DNA of 64,000 nt, taken from assembly GCF_964194155.1 (NCBI RefSeq), contig NC_135888.1, positions 133,424,001-133,488,000 of the forward strand, written 5' to 3'. Positions 1 to 12,299 of the stretch are shown piece after piece. The position numbers and the translations under genes were made by a program. The notes beneath the pieces were generated by a model. It saw nothing but the letters and a program-made list of their open reading frames with translations, was not told where the DNA came from and did not search any database. Numbering within the stretch: the first letter of the stretch is position 1; the number at the start of each line of letters is the position of its first letter. Source of the DNA: Cetorhinus maximus. Taxonomy: Eukaryota.

Positions 1-212
1 GTTTTGTGGTTAATAAATTTGCTCTTTCTTTAACTCAAGGAAACCTTGTTTGATTGGCTCCTTATTACTCACAGCCTAAATAGTTAAATACATTCTGATT
101 CGGGAAAGACCCACTCTCATGAAGGAGAAATTTAAAACATTTGTCATTAGCAACCGAGGAGGTTGAATAGAGAGGAGCCAGTTTATCCCTTCACATCCGG
201 CCGTTACAAAAT

Positions 213-232
213 TGGGGGCTCGTGTCCGGGAT
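213..232 (+). promoter_or_regulatory. Primer binding site, tRNA-Pro type
   Basis: TGGGGGCTCGTGTCCGGGAT, 4 nt after the LTR end; equals the canonical tRNA-Pro PBS TGGGGGCTCGTCCGGGAT with a 2-nt insertion. Confidence 0.85.
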
Positions 233-763
233 TTTTTCCCCACAGATTAATGAAAGAATTGGAGCGGGGAAAATAACATTCTATTGGAGGAACAATTTAA
301 AATCTGCAAAAGGTTTTCTTGAGTGTGTAATACTAAAGTGCTAAAATGTCCACATTCAATGTCAATGTTTCAGAGAACATGATGAGGTCACTGGCGAGAG
401 GTTAAGGGCAATGTCCTTGGAAGAATTAAAAGGTGTAGCTCAATACTTAGAGGAACAGCTCGACCTGAAAGCCAGAAAACCAAATTTTAAAATAGGTGGC
501 AAAGCATCTAGAGGTGGAAATTGATGACACTGAAATGGATAAATTAGCAGCAGAGAAATTAAGATTGGGGCAGTGGAAATTGGAAATAGAGTTTGAGGAA
601 AGGGTGAGGTGGGGGGCTTCCCAGAGAAGATGACAAGAAAGGGAGACTAGATTACCTGAACACTGTAGAAGATAGAGGCAGCTGAGGCAAGCTGGAGTAT
701 AGCAGCCCCGAAAAGTAAGGGACAGTCCAGAGAGTCTGAAAAGGCTAGAGAAAGCCAGCAGCC

Positions 764-1580
764 CATGTCCAAATGCAGCGAGACCTGGACAATATTCGGG
801 CTTGGGATGACAAGTGACAAGTAACATTCGTGCCACAAAGTGTCAGGCAATCACCATCTCCAACAAGAGAGAATCTAACCATCACCCCTTGACATTCAAT
901 GGCATTAGCATCACTGAATCCCCCGCTATCAACATCCTGGGGGTTTACCATTGACCAGAAACTGAACTGGACTAGTCATATAAATACTGTGGCTACAAGA
1001 GCAGGTCAGAGGCTAGGAATCATGCAGCGAGTGACTCACCCCCTGACTCCCCAAAGCCTGTCCAGATCTACAAGGCACAAGTCAGGAGTGTGATGGAATA
1101 CTCTCCACTTGCCTGGATGAGTGCAGCTCCAGCAACACTCAAGAAGCTTGACATCATCCAGGACAAAGCAACCCACTTGATTGGCACCACATCCACAAAC
1201 ATTCTCTCCCTCACGCACAGTGGCAGCGGTGTGTACCATCTACAAGATGCACTGCAGTAATTCGGCAAAGATCCTTCCAAACCCATGACCGCTCCCATCT
1301 AGAAGGACAAGGGCAGCAGATAGATGGGAACACCATCCACCTGGAAGTTCCCCTCCAGGCCACTCACTATCCTGACTTGGAAATATATCACCGTTCCTTC
1401 ACTCTCGCTGGGTCAAAATCCTGGAAATCCTTCCCTAACAGCACTGTGGGTGTACCTACACCACATGGACTGCAGCGGTTCAAGAAGGCAGCTCACCACC
1501 ACCTTCTCAAGGGCAACTAGGGATGGGCAATAAATGCTGGCCTAGCCAGCAACATCCCCATCCTGAAAATGTATTTTAAA
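764..1580 (+). mobile_element. 5'-truncated APE-RT LINE (family A, CR1/L2/Jockey group), 3' end of RT plus 3' UTR
   Basis: Encodes ..TIDQKLNWTSHINTVATRAGQRLG..; 3' tail gggatgggcaataaatgctggcctagccagc is shared with about 10 other copies in the window. Confidence 0.9.
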
Positions 1581-2859
1581 AAGCAGGAATCTGTAGGAGT
1601 ACAGGGAACCGAGGGAGGTTCGCAAGTCTTGCGGAGTCCGTTAGAACCCATGAAGGCTGGAGTAGCTAGCGAAGAGCTACTTGGGCTTAAAAGAGCCATG
1701 GGTAGGCCAGGGGAAGTAAAAAGGCTCAGGGCAAAATCCATGTGAGTTGAGGCGGCCAAGAAAGAGCCACTTGAATTTAAAAAGGCGGAAGGCAGGCCAG
1801 CAGGAGTAAAGCGGGTCAGGGTAGAGTCCCTAGGAGTTGTGGTAGCTAAGGAACAGCCATTTGAATTTAAAAAGACCGAAGCCAAGCCAGCAGGAGTGAA
1901 AGAGCTCCGTGAAGGGCCTGTAAAGGTTAGACAGGAGGAAGGAAGAGAACCTGGTGATCTGTTTAGCAGCCAGCTTCATGGCAGATTTAAATGGGGGCCA
2001 GGGATGTTCCCAAGTAGATCAAGAAAGAGTGAGGGTGATGCCCCACTCAGCTGAAGAGCCACAGTGGAGTAAGCAGGAGCTGAACACCCACATCGGGGGC
2101 AGTAGTGTTCCAGGGGAAATAGAACAGGTTAGGGGAATGCCCATTCCTGAACCAAAAGAGGAAGGGAGGAGAACCTACCTCCAAGAAAACAATACTTGTG
2201 GAGATGACAAGGAGAATAGCAGTGAAACTTTTGCAGGGTTAACCACTAATAAGCAAGATGAAACAGACCAAGTTTTAAACCTCAACCAGAACCGTGTTGA
2301 TGGAAAATCCACAAAAAGTGGAGCTCGGGAACGAAAACCAGAATTCCTACAGGAGAGAAAAGCCCAATTACGTTCCATTAACCTTCTAGAAGTCAGGTTT
2401 GTGAGAGTTCCTGGGTTTGAGCTCATAAATTCGCAGGTTGCAGAGGTGGACAGCGAGGGGTTAATGCCGATCTGAGCAAACCAGGCTAGCAATCCGAAAT
2501 ATTTGCAAGTTACAAGCCTCTGAGCTTAAACAGGATGAAGGCAGGGCCAGAAAGAAGCACAGAATAGCCCTACAGGTAACTGAGAGCAACTCGGCTCTTA
2601 CCGGCAATCTGGGAGATAACAGCCAGGTAAACCAACCAAACCCCTTGGGCAATACTTAATCCAGAGTTACAGCAAGGTACAGGATTACTGGCAAAATTAC
2701 CTGTCATGCTTACCACCAAAAAAATCTATTAAGCAACTTCAGAACCCTGATCCTTGCCTAATCTTTTCCACTGAAGACAGTTTTTGTTTGTAACACCTGC
2801 AAAGGAAAAACCAACATAAGAACATGTTATCCAGGACCTAACACAGTTTTGGGGTCTTT

Positions 2860-5525
2860 TTTTTTATTCATTCACGGGATCTGGGCTCTGCTGGCTAGGC
2901 CAGCACCAATTGCCCATCCCTAGTTGCCCTTGAGAAGGTGGTGGTGAGCTGCCTTCTTGAACCACTGCAGTCCATGTGGTGTAGCTACACCCACAGTGCT
3001 GTTAGGAAGGGAGTTCCAGGATTTTGACCCAGCGACAGTGAAGGAACAGCCGATATATTCCCAAGTCAGGATGGTGGGTGACTTGGAAGGGAACTTCCAG
3101 GTAGTGGTGTTCCCATGTACCTGCTGCCCTTGTCCTTCTAGATGGTAGTGGTCGTGGGTTTGGAAGATGCTGTCTAAAGAGCCTTGGTGAATTCCTGCTG
3201 TGCATCTTGTAGATGGTACACACTGCTGCTACTGTGTGTCGGTGGTGGAGGAAGTGAATGTTTGTGGATGTGGTGCCAATCAATTGGGCTGCTTTGTCCT
3301 GGATGGTGTCCAGTTTCTTCAGTGTTGTGGGAGCTGCACTCATCCAGGCAAATGGGCAACATTCCATCACACTCCTGCCTTGTGCCTTGTAGATGGTGAG
3401 CAAGCTTTGGAGAGTCAGCTGGTGAGTTACTCGTCGCAGGACTTCTAGCCTCTGTTACTTACCACTTGCCAGCCCAAGCCTGTGTATTGTCCAGGTCTTG
3501 CTGCATTTGGACATGGACTGCTTCAAGTATCTGAGGAGTCACGAATGGTGCTGAACATTGTGCAATCATCAGAGAACATCCCCACTTCTGACCTTATGAT
3601 GGAAGGAAGGTCATTGATGAAGCAGCTGAAGATAGTTGGGCCGAGGACACTACCCTGAGGGACTCCTGCAGTGAGGTCCTGGAGCTGAGATGACTGACCG
3701 CCGACAACTACAACCATCTTCCTTTGTGCTAGGTATGACTCCAATCAGCGGAGAGTTTTCCCCTAATTCCCATTGACTCCAGTTTTGCTGGGGCTCCTCA
3801 GTGTCACACTTGGTCAAATGCTGCCTTGATGTTAAGGGCAGTCACTCTCACCTCACCTCGGGAGTTCAGCTCTTTTGTCCATGTTTGAACCAAGGCTGTA
3901 ACGAGGTCAAGAGCTGAGTGACTCTGGCGGAACCCAAACTGGGCATCAGTGAACAGGTTATTGCTAAGCAAGTGCCGCTTGATAGCACTGTTGATGACCC
4001 CTCCAATGATTTTACTGATGATGGAGAGTAGACTGATGGGGTGGTAATTGGCTAGGTTAGATCTGTCCTGCTTTTTGTGTACAGGACATAACTGGGCAAT
4101 TTTCCACATAGCCGAGTAGATGCCAGTGTTGTAGCTGTACTGGAGCAGCTTGGCTAAGGGCGTGGAAGGTTCTGGAGCACAAGTCTTCAGTACTATTGCT
4201 GGAATATTGTCAGGGCCCATAGACTTTGCAGTATCCAGTGCCTTCAGCCGTTTCTTGATATCACATGGAGTGAATTGAATTGGCTGAAGACTGGCATCTG
4301 TGATGCTGGGGACCTCCGGAGGAGGTGAGATGGATCATCCACTCAGCACTTCTGGCTGAAGATTGTAGTAAATGCTTCAGGCTTATCTTTTGCACTGATG
4401 TGCTGGGCTCCTCCATCATTGAGGATGGGGATATTTGTGGAGCCTCCTCCTCCAGTGAGTTGTTTAATTGTCCATCACCATTCACGGCTGGATGTGGCAG
4501 GACTGCAGAGCTTAGATCTGATCTGTTGGTTGTGGGATCGCTTAGCCCTGTCTGTCACTTGCTGCTTATGTTGTTTGGCACACAAGTAATCCATGTTATA
4601 GCTTCACCAGGTTGACACCTCATTTTTAGGTATACCTGGTGCTGCTCTTGACATGCCCTCCTGCACTCTTCATTGAACCAGGGTTGATCCCCTGGCTTGA
4701 TGATAACAGTAGAGTGGGGGATATGCCAGGCCATGAGGTCACAGATTGTGTCGAGTACAATTCTGCTGCTGCTGATGGCCCACAGCGCCTCATGGATGCT
4801 CAGTCTTGAGTTGCTAGATCTATTCGAAATCTATCCCATTTAGCACAGTGGTAGTGCCACACAACACGATGGAGGGTATCCTCAATGTGAAGTTGGGACT
4901 TGGTCTCCACAGTGACTATGCGGTGGTCAATCCTACCGATACTGTTATGGACAGATGCATCTGCGGCAGGCAGGTTGGTGAGGATGAGGTCAAGTATGTT
5001 TTTCCCTCTTGTTGGTTCTCTCACCACCTGCCACAGACCCAGTCTAGCAGCTATGTCATTTAGGACACGGCCAGCTTGATCAGTAGTGGTGCTACCGAGC
5101 CACTCTTGGTGATGGACATTGAAGTCCCCCATCCAGAGTACATTCTGTGCCCTTGCCACCCTCAGTGATTCCTCCAAATGATGTTCAACATGGAGGAGCA
5201 CTGATTCATCAGCTGAGGGAGGGCGGTACGTGGTAATCAGCAGGAGGTTTCCTTGCCCATATTTGACCTGCTGCCATGAGACTTCATGGGGTCCGGAGTC
5301 GACATTGAGGACTCCCAGGGCAACTCACTCCTGACTGTATACCACTGTGCCGCCACCTCTGCTGGGTCTGTCCTGCTGGTGGGAGAGGACATTCCCAGGG
5401 ATGATGACAGTGGAATCTGGGACATGATCTGTAAGGGATGATTCCGTGAGGATGACTATGTCAGGCTATTGCTTGAATAGTCTGTGAAACAGCTCTCCCA
5501 ATTTTGGCACTCGCCCCTAGATGTT
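2860..5525 (-). mobile_element. Long family A LINE copy: APE endonuclease and RT, frameshifted, with an internal deletion near 3450
   Basis: ORF fragments MGDFNVHHQEWLGS..TRGKNILDLILTN (APE), GPDNIPAIVLKTCAPE..NYHPISLLS..QFGFR, GVPQGSVLGP..FSDDCT (RT). Confidence 0.95.
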
Positions 5526-5689
5526 ATCTGCAGATCAAAGTCACAGTACAGCAGAACAAATGCAATTATAGTAAGAGTATGAATGGATATGCTTGTGTTA
5601 TTTTTAATTCTCTTAATATTTGGACGTCTGTAATGAAACGTTTTTTGAAATTCATGTCTCATCCCTTGTGATAGGGAGGGGGCACAGTG

Positions 5690-6758
5690 ATGTGACTTGC
5701 TCATGTGCGATACCAATCTGTAATTTTACCAGTTGACCAAACCCATATTGAACTGTTTAAAAAGGACTTTTATAAAAGCAAGAAGAGATACAATTTCCAA
5801 TGCCTTTTTCTTTCTGTCTGGGTTTTAAGAAACTGTAACCCCATTAAGACAATGGAAAGACTGACAGCCAATAGCAAACACAACTTGCATTCCACGGCCC
5901 AAGTCGTGATGAAAGGGAACAGACTCTCAAACCCCCTGGGGAGTGTGAAAGACCCCATCCATTGTTGACTTTTACACTATTACTTTTCAAAAGTTTCTGA
6001 GGAGAGATATTAAAATGCAAAGTGCTGAAACAATGGCTGCGCCAGACAGACCCACCCAAAACCCCTTGGAAATACACAATGGGTGAAGTATTTCAAGGTG
6101 AGGCTGCAGCCACGGCAGAGAGATTGCAAGTGACACAGGTGGTGTCAAGAAAGTTTTTCAGCAGAGGAAACCGGCTGAAAACTGCACTCTGTCCCTCTCT
6201 CTCTCTTTTGGAAAAAGTGTATGTTGCCGGTTAGGGAACCAAGGTGTTGTATTAATTGCAACATTTCCTCCATCTGACCGCTTCCAAGAAACCAGTTAAC
6301 CTAAATCGGCCGCAACATTTAAAACCTACACCTCAAGGACAATCAAAGGACATTTAACCGTATATTCTTTTACCATTTTTTTATTGGACTCTAACTCCCC
6401 TTATATTTGATGTGTGAGTTTGTGTGCGTGTGTGTGAGATTGTGCACGTGTGTGTGTGTGTCTGCTTGAGCATGTCTGCATGTGTGTGCGTGTGCCTGTA
6501 TACATGTGGGCCTGCCTGAGGGCAGTCTCATGTTTATTATTTTTCTCGGGGTTAGTCATTAATAAATTTGCCCTTTCTTTAACTCAAGAAAACCTTGTTT
6601 GATTGGCTCCTTATTACACACAGATTAAATAGTTAAATATATTCATTATTTGGAAAAGGCATATCCCCATGCAGAAGAAACTTAAAACCTTTCTTGTGAC
6701 CAGCCGAGAAGGTTGAATGTAGGGGAGCCAGTTCATCCCTTCTCACCTGGTCATAACA
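5690..6758 (+). repeat. 3' LTR (~1.07 kb) with an internal (TG)n tract at ~6410-6500 and AATAAA
   Basis: Homologous to 1-208, follows the polypurine tract, ends ...cataaca. The 5' boundary is approximate. Confidence 0.75.
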
Positions 6759-7224
6759 GGCTCCGTGGGTACATTGAGTGTGCAATATGGCTACTGCTCT
6801 ATAACGAAGCCCATTTCTTTTACCGCACTTGGCTCCACATAGCTCCTTCCCTCCTGTTTCCTTTCCAGTGGGAGGAGATTAAATGGTGGGTAGAGATGTG
6901 ACGGGGAGATTGATGTCTCAGCACCTTTCAGAAAATGAATAGGAAAGAAAAGACAGGGGCAGAATTGACTTTTAATAAACTCTTGGTCAACTTCCTCTCT
7001 ACAGGGACAGTGTGACTCTAGTCTTCCTGGAAGAATTTCCTCAGAAAATGAGCATCATGTTGCCTTCTGGGCAAAATTACTTCAGTTTCTCCCTGGTTCT
7101 CCCCAGTGGGCTCTGACTCATTGCAAACATCTGGTGACATAGGCTGTGAACCCAGTCAGGCGAGGCTGACTGAGGGAGTGCCTCACAGCCCAACCTGATG
7201 ATCCACAGGACATGATACATGGCT

Positions 7225-7688
7225 CCAGGGACAAGGGACTTCAGTTACGTGGGTTAATCAGAGAAACTGGGACTGTTTTCCTTGGAGAAAAGAAGGTTGA
7301 GAGGAGATTTGGTTGAGGTGTTCAAAATCATGAGGGGGTCTGGATAGAGCAGATAGTGAGAAACAGTTCCTACCAGCAGAAGGATTGAGAACCAGAGGGC
7401 ACAGAAGTAAGGCGATTCACAAAGTAATCAAAGGCAACATGAGGAAAAACTTGTTTACACAGCAAGTGGTTAGTATCTGGGAATGCAGTGCTTGAGAGTG
7501 GGATTGAAGCAGATTCAATTGTGGCTTTCAAAATAGAATTGGATAATAATTTAAATAACAAAAATGTGCAGGGCTAGGTGAAAAAATATGGAGAAGTGGG
7601 ACTAGCTGAGTTGTTCTTGCAGAGTGCCAGTGCAAACACAATGGGCCGAATGGTCTCCTTTGTTAGATTCATTCTATGGTTTTATGGT
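7225..7688 (+). mobile_element. CR1 LINE 3' end
   Basis: LEKLGLFSLEKRRLRGDLxEVFKIM-type coding remnant, CR1 3' UTR and attctatg-like terminal repeat. Confidence 0.85.
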
Positions 7689-8569
7689 ACCCCACTCCTT
7701 ACGCTTCTGCATGGATCACCATCTTGACGTGGTAGAGAGGTTTGTGCGCGCCAATGATCCCTTAAACAATGCCATTGGCAGCTCCTTGCTCTTGGTAGGG
7801 TCACCCATGGCAGCAAGGTTAAAGGTGAAGCTGCCAAAGTGCAGTTCAAGAAGTCATCAAGGCAGAACAGGCAAAGGAAGACCGAGCCTCTCACCAGCTA
7901 CAAAGGTGGAAGAATGCTGCAGCAGCAAGGTGGCTTCGGTCATCATATTCTGGCATGTCACAAATCTGATCACCAACCGGCCAAGATCATGTGGACAATG
8001 ATGGCGCCCCAAGGTCCCCATGTTAAATAACGTCATGTGCTTGCTTCTACCAGGATCCATTCGTTAAGTCATGTGGTGATGGAGAATTGGCAATGGGGAC
8101 AGGGCTGTGAACCTGGGAATCCCTGGTCAAGAATCTACACATAGGTGAAAGATCCATGAAGGACATTGGACACCAGTCTGTACTTTTGTGTCTACACAGT
8201 TGGTTTTACATCCTGAATAGGACTTGGGATGCACTGCCAGAACTCTCCAATTGTATAAATGAAAGACTCAAGGCTCTTCACCTACAGGTCAGTCGTAGCC
8301 AATACGCTATTGACATCAGTGCTTATGACCAGACTCTTGACTCTGATGAAGATACTAAGGAACAGTTCTATTATGACCTTGATGAAGTCCTCACTGCCAT
8401 ACCAAAAGAAGAAAGGATCATCCTGTTGGGGTCTTTAATACTTGAGTCGGCCATGACTCCAATTGGGAAAAACGAAGTGGGAAAAGCCAATGCAAATGGC
8501 ATCCTCCTGCTGGACAAACACCCTCCACCAGAAGGACAAATTCAAAACCAAATGGAGGCAGCTTTATGG

Positions 8570-8932
8570 GGAAACGGTAGCGGAGTGGTAATGGCACTGG
8601 ACTAATGAGCCAGAGGCCCAGGCTAATGCCCTGGCAGCTGGTGGAATTTAAATTCAATTAATAAATCTGGAATATAAAGCTAGTCTCAGTAATAGTGACC
8701 ATGAACTTTGATTGTTGTAAAAACCCATCTGGTTCACTAATGCCCCTTAGAGAAGGAAACCTGCCATCCTTACCTGGTCCGGCCTTCACGTACCCCAAAT
8801 CCACAGCAAGGTGGTTGACTGTACTCTGAGATGGTCTAACAAGCCACTCAGTTCAAGGGCATTTAGGGATGGGCAACACATGTTGACCTTGCCAGCGATG
8901 CCCACATCCCATGAAAGAATAATGAAAAAAAA
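8570..8932 (+). mobile_element. tRNA-derived SINE sharing its 3' tail with LINE family A
   Basis: Head gtggtaatggcactggactaat..ccagaggcccagg, body aaacccatctggttcactaatg.., tail caagggcatttagggatgggcaac. It splits the RTE motif KTKWR|PRSK. Confidence 0.85.
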
Positions 8933-8992
8933 TCCTAGATCAAAGCCTTGGCACCTCCTGGGTGATCTCATTGTTAAGGTCAATGATCTCTC

Positions 8993-9170
8993 TCTTCTTC
9001 TTGTTCATCCTTCAAGGCAAAGATGACCTTGTTCATCATCTGGGGCATTTGGTTGGGTCCCAGTGGGCATGTAGGTGATTACCAAGGCCAACCTTGCCTG
9101 GAAGATTCTGCTGCAAATAGGTCATGGCACCGCAGATTATTGTGTTTTGGAGCTGCTGGCTTGGATCAAA
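8993..9170 (-). mobile_element. Inverted RTE-type 3' end with a C-terminal zinc-finger remnant
   Basis: Minus strand reads P*PICSRIFQAR/GLGNHLHAH (one frameshift), followed by a gaagaag tail. Confidence 0.65.
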
Positions 9171-10739
9171 GACCTAAGCGATGCCTGTATCACTCGATCC
9201 ATGCAGGGCACTCATGCCTGCTGGATACATCATCAACTTGTTCAATCAGTGATGAACATCTACCCAGCGCCAAGACACTGCAAGGCCCAAAAGTCCAAGA
9301 GGAAGAAAATCAATGTCTCAGCCCTAAAGCAGCCTGACCGAAGGGAGAAATTCCAAGTGCAGCTCACGACCAACCTTCACATATCCAACTCAATTCCAAA
9401 ACAGTGGGATCAAATAAAGTCAGCTGTACTAGACTCCTGTGCCCAGACCATTGGGTTCGAGCATCATCGCCACCAGGACTGGTTTGATGAAAACGATGCT
9501 GATGCATGTGACCTACTGGAACATAAACCAATGGCACTCATTGCCTGGCAGAACAACCCAAGGTCACAAGTCAAGAAGACAGCATTCCAACAGGTCAAGG
9601 CTGGCGCCCAAAGACAAATCCAGAAGATAAAGGGCATATGGTGGGAAGAGAGATCCAACAAAATGCTGACCATCATGGCATGCAGAGGTTTTGGAAGCCA
9701 CCAGGGCCGGTTATAGACCAAGGTCAAATGGACAAAATCCCCTTTGTTCACAGGACGGTGTTTTGCTTTGTAAGGATGACAATGCAATCTGTCAACACTG
9801 GAAAGTTCATATTGAATAATTCCTCAATCGTGAATTTGCAGAGAAGAACCTGACACGCATGCTCCTGAATCGCCTACTTCCTGTGGTAGAGGAAATCTTC
9901 CCAGAGACATAGTGCGGCCTTAAACCTTTCAGAGGAGCCTCTGACGTGGTCTTTGTTGCCAGAAAAATCCAAGAAAAATGTCAAGAACAATACCAGGAAC
10001 TTTCCATTTCAACCATTGACCTGACCAAAGAATTTGCCTCAGTAAATCGTGAGGCTCTGTGGATTATGCTCTAATGATTTGAATGCCCAAGAAACTTCAT
10101 CACAATCCTGTAACTGCATCATGATAGTATGACTGCAACTGTCCTGAGTGAGAGATCTGCAACAGATGCCTTCAAAACCTGGACCAGGGTCAAATACGGC
10201 TGTTTGATAACCCCCATACTATTTACAATCCTGACAGTGGATATTCACGTCATCAAAGACTGACTTCCCTCTGGTGTCAGTATTAAATACTGTCTAGATA
10301 GAGAACTGTTTAACCTCAGTCATTTCTGCATCAAATCTAAACTGACCACCATAGACATACACAATCTACAGTTTGCGGATGACTGCCCACTCTACACCAG
10401 ATTTGCAAGCCTCCCTCGGTCTCTTGAATTCTGCATACAAGGAACGCAGACTGTCCTTGAATTTTGCCAAAACAAAACTTGAATATCAACCCACACCTGG
10501 TTAGCCAAATATTCCACCTCCCATAAATGTTGAAGGAAGGGCTCCATACTTTGGCAGCCACCTGTCTCAAAAGGGTAGCGTTGATGAGGAGATCCAACGC
10601 TGGATTGGCTGCACTAGCTCAGCCTTCTACAAACTATGGTGGCAAGTGTTTGCTGACAAAGACCCCATGCAAAGTTTTCCTATTATTCATTAACTTTTGG
10701 GAATGACTTTCAATATAAAATTTCAACCTGTAAAGGAAG

Positions 10740-11251
10740 CAGCCACCCCAAAGAAATGTCTGGTTATTCCAGAAAGCAAAGTTTTGCTATAAGCTTTGGA
10801 TTTCCATTGTCTTCCTGCTTCTTTAAACCATACAGGGTGTTGATATCCACCCCAAAAACCTCACTCAGTTGTCTCACAGACGCACCATGGTCAAGCTTCC
10901 GAAACAATTTCTTGGCAATGGATAACGAATTATGCTTCTTCTTCCTTTTCTTATTGTTAGCCATGAGGGTATCCAATAGTCTTTTTGCCATGTTCACCAC
11001 AAAAATCGCGAGGTAAACAGTGCAGACAAACAACTAGATTTCCTGTGCCAAAGGTTGGCTGCAGTCAGCAAGGTTTGTGTCGACTTGGATCAGGGACTCC
11101 CTGTGCTAAAGGTCGGGTGCAGTCAGCAAGGTGCATGTCAGCTCGGGTCAGGGACTTCCTGCGTTAAATGTCGATGAGATTTTTTTTAAAAAGTGCGGTT
11201 TTTGGATGTGTTCAGTTTTGGGATTTACGGATAAAGGATACTCGATCTCTG
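10740..11251 (-). mobile_element. Tigger/pogo-family DNA transposon 5' remnant (TIR plus HTH_psq N-terminus)
   Basis: ORF KRKKKHNSLSIAKKLFRKLDHGASVRQLSEVFGVDINTLYGLKKQ resembles the CENP-B/Jerky/TIGD N-terminal HTH. 11195-11251 reverse-complements to cagagatcgagtatcctttatccgtaaatcc.., similar to Tigger4/MER46-type TIRs. Confidence 0.75.
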
Positions 11252-11257
11252 GGAAAG

Positions 11258-11600
11258 AGCAGCTTACATTCTTGTAGCATGACCTCACGATTTCCCAAAA
11301 CGTTTTACTGTTAAATCAAGTACTTTTTGAAGTGTAGTGGCTGTTGTAATATAGGAAACACAGCAGCCAATTTGCACACAGCAAGCTCCCACATACAGCA
11401 AAGTGATAATGACCAGATCATCTGTTTTTTTAACAAGATTGGTTGAGGGAGAAATATTGACCCAGGGGACAGGAGAGAAACCTCTTGCTCACCATAGAAA
11501 TAACAACTTGGGATTTTTTGCATCCACCTGAGTGGACTGTCCGGGCCTCGGTTTAAAATCTCCTCTGATAAAGGAGAGACGTCATCTTCCTGACAGCCAG
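11258..11600 (-). mobile_element. Deu-domain SINE (SacSINE1/AmnSINE1-like)
   Basis: Reverse complement of the Deu core ..gggagcttgctgtgtgcaaattggctgctgtgtttcctatattacaacag..cacttcaaaaagtac.. Confidence 0.8.
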
Positions 11601-11689
11601 CTGGTGATGGGAGACCAGAAGTCAATCTTTACTCAGTTTTAGGTGTATTCGCAATGTGAGACATTACAAATGTCTCGCTCTTAACTCTT

Positions 11690-12240
11690 CAACCCACCAC
11701 CGGTGTCAACAAGTGCCTCTTTATACTCTTTTAAGAAAACAATAATCAAATTAACTGATTAAAAACCCTTTGAAGGGGCACTGTCACAAAAGCAAAACTC
11801 TAAAGGAAACTAATTAAATTAAAATAATGTTGCTGGAGCTAAGAATGCACTGCAGCTCCTGCGGTGTCCATCGGTTACAAAAGGCCTCAGGAGCACTGGT
11901 GGGCATTGCGTGCTCCCTCTCCAGGGAGGCCCAGGTGTGGAATGTTTCCGTGGAAGAGAGGCAGACAATCTAGCCGTACGACCCCCCCTCAACCGCCCAC
12001 TTCCTGGACTTGTTAACGGCCAGGCCCAGGAGCAGGCTAACAAGGAGGCCCTCTGCCCTGCCTGCCCCTCTCCCCCAACTCCCCACACCCCAATCCACAC
12101 TGGGTGGCAAAGATCAGGTGTGTGGGACTGAAGTGCAAACAAAAGTTGATGAGTCGCCCCCTAGGCAGTGAAACAGGGGCTGCACTCGCACACATCCTCC
12201 ATATATATGGGACACAGGCTCCTCAAGGCCACAAACACTC
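11690..12240 (-). mobile_element. Tx1/L1-group LINE ORF2 C-terminus plus 3' UTR, copy 1
   Basis: Minus strand encodes CGLEEPV..CARVQPLF..LHFSPTHLIF..HPV, typical of the Tx1 C-terminal domain. Confidence 0.7.
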
Positions 12241-12299
12241 TTTTGAGTAAAATTAAATAAATGAAAGTACTAATTAACTAAAGAACCATCCCTTAAATG

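Larger units (their letters stand above)
1..6758 (+). mobile_element. Decayed, probably non-autonomous Gypsy-type LTR retrotransposon (5' LTR truncated by window edge), interrupted by two LINE insertions
   Basis: 1-208 is a diverged direct repeat of ~6550-6758 (both contain taataaattt..aactcaag.aaaccttgtttgattggctccttattac and end in ..aca). A PBS follows the first copy, a purine tract agggaggggg (~5673-5682) precedes the second, and E/K/R-rich broken ORFs lie inside. Confidence 0.85.
7705..10670 (+). mobile_element. RTE-clade LINE (5' UTR, APE, RT), decayed, with a nested SINE and an inverted RTE 3' end
   Basis: INERL..ISAYDQTLDSDEDTKEQFYYDL..IILLG, PRSKPWHLL, HQDWFDEND, G(V)KYGCLITP.LF and LQFADDC (~10367-10387) are RTE motifs. 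Confidence 0.9.

Noticed and set aside
213-232. Gammaretrovirus-like ERV suggested by the tRNA-Pro PBS
   Set aside because: No retroviral gag, pol or env motifs are seen, and fish Gypsy elements also use this PBS.
764-1580. Naming LINE family A and its SINE as HER1/HE1
   Set aside because: The SINE lacks the V-SINE core I associate with HE1, and the LINE tail is not the CR1 ATTCTRTG type. A Dfam/Repbase search is needed to name the pair.
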